This document shows positions 19,330 to 27,041 of a stretch of DNA of 64,000 nt, one piece after another. Numbering within the stretch: the stretch's first letter is position 1; every line of letters begins with the position of its first letter. The position numbers and the translations under genes were made by a program. The stretch comes from a virus (Duplodnaviria > Caudoviricetes). Under the pieces are notes generated by a model. It ran no database searches, was not told where the DNA came from, and saw only the letters and a list, made by a program, of their open reading frames with translations. The stretch is taken from positions 22,352 through 86,351 of the IMG/VR virus record IMGVR_UViG_2823732373_000001; one strand, 5' to 3'.

Positions 19330-19781
19330 ACCCTTCCCAACTGAAGCAGTGAAGGAATCGCGTCCTTCAGGCCAGCAACCATGACTATCAGAAAGATCAC
19401 GACATATCCAGCGACTGTGATAACACGCCCCCCTCGCCCCTTGAGCAGAAGTAGCCCAAGAAGAGTCCAAAGTGAGAGAGCAAACGTATACCCAGAGTAG
19501 ACAAACACTGCGTACACGCTCTTCTGGTTGTCCATCGGCAATTTCAGCGAAGACACGAAGAAATTGTCGATGGCGCACTGCATTTGAAATGTTTGGCAGC
19601 TGTAGTGTGCATTGGCAGCCACGAACGTCAGAGCGAAGATTGGCATCACAAGAAGCATCGAGATGCCCGCCCCATGCATCACCTCATTCCTGTTGGTTTC
19701 GGTGATACCCAATAGGATTGCTACGACCGCACCAAGAAGAATGATGATGAAGTTGACCTGATCAAACGACGCGTCGTACAT
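19326..19781 (-). CDS. 4-TM membrane protein
   Basis: Four hydrophobic segments; starts 3 nt after the repressor stop. Confidence 0.8.
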   Translation of the reverse strand: MYDASFDQVNFIIILLGAVVAILLGITETNRNEVMHGAGISMLLVMPIFALTFVAANAHYSCQTFQMQCAIDNFFVSSLKLPMDNQKSVYAVFVYSGYTFALSLWTLLGLLLLKGRGGRVITVAGYVVIFLIVMVAGLKDAIPSLLQLGRV

Positions 19782-19784
19782 GGG

Positions 19785-20633
19785 TCAGTCCACCCACATG
19801 CCAATGACGGTCCCAAGCACCTTAAACTCCTCGCGGATGGGTTCGTGCTGTGGGTTCAGAGGCATCAGCCACTGCCGGCCATCCTCGTTCTTATAGATCT
19901 TGAACGTGACCTCGTCGCTGCCCTCCAGCTTCGCGATGATGCGATCGCCATTGACCGGTCCACGCTTCTCTGGATCCACGTATATGAGACTCCCTTCCGG
20001 ATAGCTTCGCTTGGCGCCGCCCGGTGCGGTCATGCTGTCACCGCGCACGCGAAGCACATAGGAGCTTGCGCTCATCGGTTTCGGGCTTGCGTACCAGCCC
20101 TCTGCATCCCCAGGCTCCAGATAGTCGTGGGCCGCATCCCACTTACCAGCTCTCACCCAAGAAATTAGTGGGAGAAGGCCCTTTGTTTCTGGGCCGGCTG
20201 AGACGTTCGAATGCGCCCCTTCCGCAAGCGGTGGAGTTCCCGGAAGCACCGCCGTGGGGCCGGTACGCCTACGGACCATCGAGGGGTAGGCCTTTCTCAC
20301 GTGATAGCTGACCGTGGCTTCAGCCATCCCAAATTGCATCGCGACGTCCGTGAGACTTAGCCCGTCACGAATTACCGCCATCACGTGAGGCGCTGTACGC
20401 AACTGTTCAGGGTCCAGTCTCGGTCGCTGCTCAATTTTTCCAGCCGCAACAGCGTCCCGATAACGTGGATCCTTGTGAATGAGCCGTCGCAGTTGCGTCG
20501 GATCCACCTTCGGCGCGCCTATTCGCTCAGCCTCCTCCGAAGCTGCCCGTGCTTGGCTACTCACGGTCTCACCATTCAAGATGACCGCGTTAATATAAGG
20601 AGTCATGTCCAATGTGCGCATGCGCGCCATCAT
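19785..20633 (-). CDS. Prophage repressor (HTH plus S24 autopeptidase, CI/LexA-like)
   Basis: HTH LSLTDVAMQFGMAEATVSYH, VRAG cleavage site, GDSM Ser, VTFK Lys; start uncertain (20606-20633). Confidence 0.9.
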   Translation of the reverse strand: MMARMRTLDMTPYINAVILNGETVSSQARAASEEAERIGAPKVDPTQLRRLIHKDPRYRDAVAAGKIEQRPRLDPEQLRTAPHVMAVIRDGLSLTDVAMQFGMAEATVSYHVRKAYPSMVRRRTGPTAVLPGTPPLAEGAHSNVSAGPETKGLLPLISWVRAGKWDAAHDYLEPGDAEGWYASPKPMSASSYVLRVRGDSMTAPGGAKRSYPEGSLIYVDPEKRGPVNGDRIIAKLEGSDEVTFKIYKNEDGRQWLMPLNPQHEPIREEFKVLGTVIGMWVD

Positions 20634-20803
20634 ACACGAATTAGACACAACAAAGACAAAGTTTGTGGATTTTTTCGCGGTTTGGACAGCCTCTGGAGCC
20701 TGACATCGCATGCAGTAGCACAAAAATCGGTACCCGTCAACAATAAGGACGAGATCCACCAAATAAAACAGTCGGCGGAGAGCGTCTTTTTTATTTGTCT
20801 TAC

Positions 20804-20832
20804 TTGCTAAGCATGTCTTTTCCGTGCATAAT
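20804..20832 (+). promoter_or_regulatory. sigma70-like early promoter divergent from the repressor
   Basis: TTGCTA-17 bp-CATAAT in an AT-rich intergenic region. Confidence 0.65.
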
Positions 20833-21036
20833 CTAGGCATGGGTTCAGTGATCGCACCGCCCTAGCCCTAGTGGCTCTGCTCTTCCTTCAGGCTATGCGG
20901 ACAACACCGTCCGCATGCGCTCTCCCCTTGTCCAAGCCATTGTCATGGCCCAAGGGCGGAGCTTTGCCTAGAGCGTTTTGCTCACGTACCGCAGGTACTT
21001 ATCTCCAAGATAAGTAAGCAGCAAAGGAAAAGAGAA

Positions 21037-21912
21037 ATGACCAAAGCAATTGTCGCAGCGCCGGCGCAAAAGGCGATCAGCGCGACCCGCGCAGAACTCG
21101 AAAGCGCCACCCTTGCCACCATCGCAGCCGCCTGCGGCGCAGCTGGTGCCAATCTCTCCGCCTTGAGCGGTGCAGCCAAGGCCTTGTCGGGGAGCGTCAC
21201 CAAAGCAGTCCTGCGCGTCATCGCAAAGGAACGCATCGGCGACGTCATCGCCCCCCTTCGCGAAGCCATCGGCAACGCTGGCAAGGGTGTTAGCAACCTC
21301 TCCACCATCCGCACGGCCGTGCTCAAGATGCACGTTGCCTATGGTGACGGCATGGCCCCTGCCGCAGGCGGCGACAGTGCGACGGGCGACGTGAGCGACA
21401 AGGCACCCGAAGGCGCGCCGGTCGGCGCCAGCGAAAAGACCGGCCCCGCCCTCCCCGTGTGGGAGACCGTGAGCGAAGCCAAGGAAAGCGGCGATGCTGC
21501 AGTGACTGCGGCCGTGAGCGCCTGCATTTCTTACGCCGGCAAAACGGATGCGGGCATCCCGATTGACCCGCGCATCGACACGACGGCGCGCGATGCACTC
21601 ATGGCGCGCATCAATGCGGCGTGCGCTGCATTTGGCCTGTCTGAAGACAGCGCGGGCAAGGTTCGCGGCCTGTACTTCAGCGCACTGCAAACCATCGTCG
21701 CCGATGCAGAACTGGCGAGCGAGACGGCCGCCGCCAACGCTGAACAGGCACAGCAGCAGGCCGACGATGCCGCGATCGTGGCCGACGCTCACGCTCAATT
21801 GCTGGCCGAAGTCGAAACCCTGCGCCAGATCGCGGCCGAAGCGAAGCGCATTTTCGGAATCAAAACCGACGTCGATCTGCTGACGGAAATGAAGATCACG
21901 GACGCGGCTTGA
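21037..21912 (+). CDS. First early gene, Ala-rich hypothetical protein
   Basis: AAAGGAAAAGAGAA RBS, 291 aa, phage-like codon usage. Confidence 0.8.
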   Translation: MTKAIVAAPAQKAISATRAELESATLATIAAACGAAGANLSALSGAAKALSGSVTKAVLRVIAKERIGDVIAPLREAIGNAGKGVSNLSTIRTAVLKMHVAYGDGMAPAAGGDSATGDVSDKAPEGAPVGASEKTGPALPVWETVSEAKESGDAAVTAAVSACISYAGKTDAGIPIDPRIDTTARDALMARINAACAAFGLSEDSAGKVRGLYFSALQTIVADAELASETAAANAEQAQQQADDAAIVADAHAQLLAEVETLRQIAAEAKRIFGIKTDVDLLTEMKITDAA

Positions 21913-22023
21913 ACGCCCGCGACGACGACACCGACAAGGCCGAAACCCTTGTCGGGGTTGCCGCCTGCGCTCGCTGAGCGCAGACGACAGCCCTTCCCTT
22001 TTGGACGCGCACGGAGACCTGCG

Positions 22024-22566
22024 ATGAAGCAACCACGCTTATTGACCGCCAACGGTAAGGCCAAGGCCGTCAGCCCCAACGGGGGACCGCGCAGCGGCTT
22101 TGAGGTGGTGGACCGGAACGGTTTCGTGCGCCTGGTCGGCAGCATGGCCACCGCTCCGCAGAACGATGCCGGCGTCTCGGACTTATCTCCGAGGTATGAG
22201 GAACTGGTCGACGGGGTGTGGCAGTCGGCTTCGTGGGCGACGCTGAGCCAGATCCGCCACCTACGCACGGACCGGGCCCGGCGCGCCTACTTCGCTGTGC
22301 GGGTTGGCCTGCTGCGTGAGCTGCCCGGGGATGCATACGGCGTCGTTGACGGGGAGGCATGGTGCTGTCCCCGCGGGTATGACCGCGACCTCGACCGAGA
22401 GAAGTTTCTCGCCAAGGCGTTGAAGGTGGGATTGCTCTCGCTGCGCGGGCGCACCTACAAGGTCCGGGAAATCCGACCCGACACGATTCAGCTGACCCGC
22501 GCCTCGGGCAGCGTCAACTACACCCGTGAGGCGCTGCTGGAGAGCATCGCCAGCGGCACTGTCTAG
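22024..22566 (+). CDS. Hypothetical protein
   Basis: GGAG RBS before ATG 22024. Confidence 0.7.
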   Translation: MKQPRLLTANGKAKAVSPNGGPRSGFEVVDRNGFVRLVGSMATAPQNDAGVSDLSPRYEELVDGVWQSASWATLSQIRHLRTDRARRAYFAVRVGLLRELPGDAYGVVDGEAWCCPRGYDRDLDREKFLAKALKVGLLSLRGRTYKVREIRPDTIQLTRASGSVNYTREALLESIASGTV

Positions 22567-22587
22567 AACCACAACAAGGACATTGAC

Positions 22588-22872
22588 TTGGACGACAACT
22601 ACGACTCGCGCCCCGTCAACGTCATCAGACTCGCGCTTGCCTGTGCGCAAGAGCGTCTGGGCATGTTTGACCCCGAGACCTGCCGCGATGATCACGACTT
22701 CTTCGTGGCCTACAACCGTGTGCAGACCTTGGAGGACGAGCTATTCACCGCCGAGGACCGCGCCCAGCGCATGGCCGAGCGTGTCGCCCAGAAATGGATG
22801 CATCGCTATGGCCCCCGACAACGTCGAGGCGGATTGGCGCTGATTCAGGAATTGATTCACGACTGGAACTGA
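22588..22872 (+). CDS. Hypothetical protein
   Basis: AAGGA RBS, TTG start. Confidence 0.6.
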   Translation: MDDNYDSRPVNVIRLALACAQERLGMFDPETCRDDHDFFVAYNRVQTLEDELFTAEDRAQRMAERVAQKWMHRYGPRQRRGGLALIQELIHDWN

Positions 22873-23124
22873 GTCGTTGACGGTGATGTGAGCCGGCGGC
22901 ACGCCCGGCGAGAGCGGCGCGCAGCGCCGCGGCCCTTGTCCTTGACGGGGCGATAACGCAGGCGCTGTGCGCCGACGTTGTCATTGGCACTTGCCGCTTG
23001 CCGCTTGCCGCTTGATGCCGACGTTGTCGGGGAACGAGCCCGCGCAGCGGGCGAGGGCCCTGGGCGAAAACCAATCCGAATTGCTTTTTGTTAGTGCCCA
23101 TCAACTGGGCGCGGGGGAGAAGCC

Positions 23125-23379
23125 GTGTCCACAAAAACTGATCTACAGCGGCGCGTGAGCCAGCTCGAGGCAAAGGCGCGCGCCGACGCGCGACTCATCG
23201 AGTCGATGCGCACCGAGAACTACGACCTCCGCTGGCAGCTTGGACTGACCGGCCAAGCGCAGGACGACCCCAACAAACCCTTCGAGCCCAACGGGCTGAT
23301 GGGAGTGCCTGGCTACGTGCAGGACCTGAAGGTCCGCCTGAAGGCCGAACTGAAATCCAAAGGAAGACGATATGCGTGA
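23125..23379 (+). CDS. Hypothetical protein
   Basis: GGGGAG RBS, GTG start. Confidence 0.65.
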   Translation: MSTKTDLQRRVSQLEAKARADARLIESMRTENYDLRWQLGLTGQAQDDPNKPFEPNGLMGVPGYVQDLKVRLKAELKSKGRRYA

Positions 23380-23647
23380 AATGCGTGACCGCGCGGCAGT
23401 CCTGTACGTGACCGTCGGCCCGTCGCCTCTGGGCATCCCCGTCAACGTCGGGGCCGGCGTGCCCCACTACGTCCCGACAACGCCAAAGGCATTGGCCCGG
23501 CGCCCGGCCGGCAAGCCAATCAGCCAGCTGTCGTCCATCGACCGCTTCCGCGAGGTCTTCCGCCCTGCCCCGGCGCGCCAGGCACCGACAACGTCGATGG
23601 GTCGGGCCTTGCGCTCGATCGAGAACTGGGTCGCCGACTGGCTTTGA
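23372..23647 (+). CDS. Hypothetical protein
   Basis: Overlaps the previous stop; AAGGA RBS. Confidence 0.6.
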   Translation: MREMRDRAAVLYVTVGPSPLGIPVNVGAGVPHYVPTTPKALARRPAGKPISQLSSIDRFREVFRPAPARQAPTTSMGRALRSIENWVADWL

Positions 23648-24018
23648 ATTTCGTCCGGGTTTAAAAGCCCCGACAAGGTCGAAAACGCCGGTTCAAGTGG
23701 CACTCAAGGTGTGCTGGTCGGCCAGGGGTGAGCAAGCCCTACCTTGTTGATTTCAAAAGACATTCACTGAGATTAAAGAGAAAAAAAGAAAATCTATAAG
23801 TGCCGCGGGGTCGGGGTGCTCTCAAGAAAAACTTCAACTTCTCAGCCCCTCACACCCTTCATCGGTACCCCTCGCAGAACTGCACCCCAAGTGCCACTTT
23901 TTAGGCTCTTCCAGCCCAATAAATTCTCTGCACGGACAGGGACTTAGATCCGGAATCGAACTCTGCGCAAACAGGTTTCAAGTGCCAATCGCCTCGCGCC
24001 TCTGGACTGACCTCGATC

Positions 24019-24423
24019 ATGAGCACCGCCCCGAACAAGAATCACCAATGGGTCGCAGCCTTCGGGTATCCCCGGCGACTCGTCCTGCTTGCGCCGGGTC
24101 AGACGGGGTTGTTCCACGTGCGCCCAGTGCATGGGGCGTCCCTTGCGCAGGCCCGAAACACCCTTGGCGGCGTCTGCAAGGCTTGGGTGGCCCACAACAC
24201 CGACTGGCACAAAGACTTCGGGCGCGGCGCAGTGCCGGCTGACTGCCTCATCCACCGACCACACCCCGACGGCTTGCTCGTCGGCCGGAGACCGCTCATC
24301 ACGGAACCGCCGCTGGACTTCGACAGGGCTCCCGACTACGTCTGGGACTTCACGCCGCCACCGCGTCGGCTCTCGTTCGCCGAGCGTCTCGAACAGATGC
24401 GCAAAGAGCGCGGCCTGGACTAG
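24019..24423 (+). CDS. Hypothetical protein
   Basis: 134 aa ORF in operon orientation. Confidence 0.6.
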   Translation: MSTAPNKNHQWVAAFGYPRRLVLLAPGQTGLFHVRPVHGASLAQARNTLGGVCKAWVAHNTDWHKDFGRGAVPADCLIHRPHPDGLLVGRRPLITEPPLDFDRAPDYVWDFTPPPRRLSFAERLEQMRKERGLD

Positions 24424-24804
24424 CTCCGGCCCACAAACAGAACTGCTGTCACGCAGCGCGCCGGGCGCCCCGACAACGACGACCGTACGGACCATGACCG
24501 CGAGCACCGGAACCAACCGGGGCCCGGCTTGAGTCGCGACCTTCGCCGTTGAGGGGATCCCGCCCGGCGCACCCGGCTGCGCATGACCTTGACCACCCCG
24601 CCCTTGCTGGCGGCCTCGTCGCCTCTGAGCGCCGACGTCGAACCCGGCGCAGAGCGATCTGCATAACAGGAGGAGCTGCCATGCACACCTTACCCGCATG
24701 ACCTGCCACGACAGTTAGAGATCTATTCGCTTCGGCAGGAGTTCTCCGCCGACTGCGCGGTGGAGCGCCCAAGGGCGCAAGCGCGACGTTCGGCAAAGCC
24801 GATC

Positions 24805-25389
24805 TCAGGCAAAAACTTCGAAGAGATATTTGATAAGTGCGCCAGCGGCTGCACCAGCAACCGCTATTCCGAGCTTGCGCGGCGTCGAATTCGCCTTACT
24901 CAGCTCGTCACGCATCTCGTCGATACGCTCTGCTTGCCTGGCTGAATTAGCCGATAGCTCGGACAAAGATTTTTCAATAGAAGCATTAGAAACGCGGCTT
25001 GATCGTATTTCGTCCGCACTTAGCGGGCGAATAGATGTGCCGTACCTTGCGTAGTACCCGCCAGAGGACGTTACCAACGAGGGTGACTTTTGCACCTCCA
25101 CATAGGTCACGTCAACGTTTCCGTGCTTCACCACTCCTGATTGCACGGAGATTTTCGGATGAAGCTTTTCCAGTGCGGCGGAAATTGCCTGCTCCGCCCT
25201 TTTGGAATTTACTCCAACTACTGTCGACGGCTCCTTAACTCCGATAAGGAGAATGCCGCCTTTGGTATTTGCAAACGCAGCCAAATGGCTCGCGATCACG
25301 TCTGGGTTTGGCACAGACGTCTTTAGCTCAAGAGTCGGGCTCTCGCCCGCGGCCACAAGTCGATCTATATCGATTTTCTCTAACGCCAT
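24805..25389 (-). CDS. Schlafen/AlbA_2-domain protein with C-terminal hydrophobic anchor
   Basis: GESPTLELK, AAFANTKGGILLIGVKE, YYARYGTS; GGAGGGG RBS. Confidence 0.88.
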   Translation of the reverse strand: MALEKIDIDRLVAAGESPTLELKTSVPNPDVIASHLAAFANTKGGILLIGVKEPSTVVGVNSKRAEQAISAALEKLHPKISVQSGVVKHGNVDVTYVEVQKSPSLVTSSGGYYARYGTSIRPLSADEIRSSRVSNASIEKSLSELSANSARQAERIDEMRDELSKANSTPRKLGIAVAGAAAGALIKYLFEVFA

Positions 25390-25477
25390 AACTTCCCCTC
25401 CAATTTTTTTTTAAAGCTTTTGGCTGAAGGAATGTAACGCAGAAATCACACAGCCTTCGCGATCTGAGCACGTATCA

Positions 25478-25837
25478 ATGACACTCCACCCCGACAAGAT
25501 CAATCCCATCATCCTGGCCATGTTCGTCTGGCAAGGCTTCATGGAAGCCGAGCCGTGGGGCGACGAGGCTGCGGACCAGCACGGTGGCCAGATCGGCGCG
25601 GCCTGTAACCTGGCCCCCTACGTCGAGATCCTCGCCGATTCGATCAACGCGTTTCTGGCGACCGACCCCGACACCGACTTCCCGGGCGTGCTGGACTACG
25701 AGGTCACCGAACGCTTCGGCGCCTGGCTGCGCCTCAACCCAACAGCCAGTACCCGCGGCGCGCGCGCCGAGGCAGACAAGCTGGTCGAGTCGTTCTTTGC
25801 GGCTCGCAACAGTTGCGCGATCGGGGTCTCGTCGTAA
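25478..25837 (+). CDS. Hypothetical protein
   Basis: 119 aa ORF, phage-like codon usage. Confidence 0.7.
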   Translation: MTLHPDKINPIILAMFVWQGFMEAEPWGDEAADQHGGQIGAACNLAPYVEILADSINAFLATDPDTDFPGVLDYEVTERFGAWLRLNPTASTRGARAEADKLVESFFAARNSCAIGVSS

Positions 25838-25949
25838 TCGCAATGCACATGCACCAGTTCAAGGTGTGCTTCGTACCGCGCCAACTCGTGATCGGACTCG
25901 GAAGCGTCGAGGTTTGGCGGGTTGCCGGCCTCGAGCGCCACGAGTGGGC

Positions 25950-26231
25950 CTACCCTGCCATGGGTAGTAGCGACTGAAGGCCCCGCTTCTTCCGGCTCTC
26001 GTCAATCTCTTCGATGAGAGTCTGAAGTTCGTCCAGCCGATCGCAGCGACGTTTGATATCACCGTCTTTCGCGTGGATGACCAGAGCACCACCACGACGA
26101 ATGCCCTCTGCGGCGCCTACCAGCACGCTCGCAACAGGGATGACTGATTGGCTGTTGGACATGTCATCCCACGTCTGTTCAACCACCCAGATTTTTCCGT
26201 CATCGAAATGGACCATGCTTCTGATTGACAT
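25950..26231 (-). CDS. Hypothetical reverse-oriented cargo protein
   Basis: Start moved to MSIRSMVHF; occupies the gap between plus-strand genes. Confidence 0.6.
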   Translation of the reverse strand: MSIRSMVHFDDGKIWVVEQTWDDMSNSQSVIPVASVLVGAAEGIRRGGALVIHAKDGDIKRRCDRLDELQTLIEEIDESRKKRGLQSLLPMAG

Positions 26232-26429
26232 TGTTTGCTCGGGCTTGAATTGATACGTTAAAGCCGCAGCCAAGAGTGGCATCGGTCTCACGGAATTGAA
26301 GCATAGCTACAGCTGAAAAGGCCCCGAGCTAACCCCATTCGCCCGTCACCGCCAACCGGCCCCGACAACGTCGACGGTCGCGTTGCGGCGTGGTGGTCCC
26401 CGGCAACTTCAACACACCAAGGAAACAAC

Positions 26430-26888
26430 ATGCACACCTTCAAAGTCACCCCCCTTCAACGCGCCAACGCCCTGCACGCCCTCAACGACTTCTGGCCAAC
26501 CATCAAACCCGAGCAGGTCTCCGGGCGGCTCAACTACTGGCGCACCGAAAGGGATTGCGAAGGCGAGCCCGAATTCGTCGACTTCGATGCGCCGCCCACC
26601 TGCGGCACCGTTGCATGCTTCGGCGGGTGGGTCGAATGGCATGCCCCATTCCGCCGGCAGATGGGTCTGAACCCCGACAAGGGCGAGGCGGACATCGAGG
26701 CCCTGCACGGGTTGTTCGGCACGGACAGTGATTCACACACGCTAAACATCTTCGCCGAGCGCAATTGGGGTTTCGACGGGGACATCGGTTTCGAAGGCTC
26801 CGACCACGAACTCGTCTCACACCGCCTGCGCTGGCTGATCGACCACAGCGAGATGTCTGCTTGCGCTGTTGGCACGAGTGCAGATTGA
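26430..26888 (+). CDS. CGTxACFGGW-motif phage protein, copy 1
   Basis: AAGGA RBS; motif shared with 30397-30810. Confidence 0.75.
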   Translation: MHTFKVTPLQRANALHALNDFWPTIKPEQVSGRLNYWRTERDCEGEPEFVDFDAPPTCGTVACFGGWVEWHAPFRRQMGLNPDKGEADIEALHGLFGTDSDSHTLNIFAERNWGFDGDIGFEGSDHELVSHRLRWLIDHSEMSACAVGTSAD

Positions 26889-27041
26889 ATCGAATTTACC
26901 GCCATCGTTGGAGAGGTCGACTTGCTTGGCCCGATTGGCATCGGGCACGCCGCGCAATGCGGGAAGCCCCATCATCAATGACTACGTTGCCGCTGCCAAG
27001 CGGACACTAGTGCCAATGTGGCCTCGGCAACACTGCTGCCG

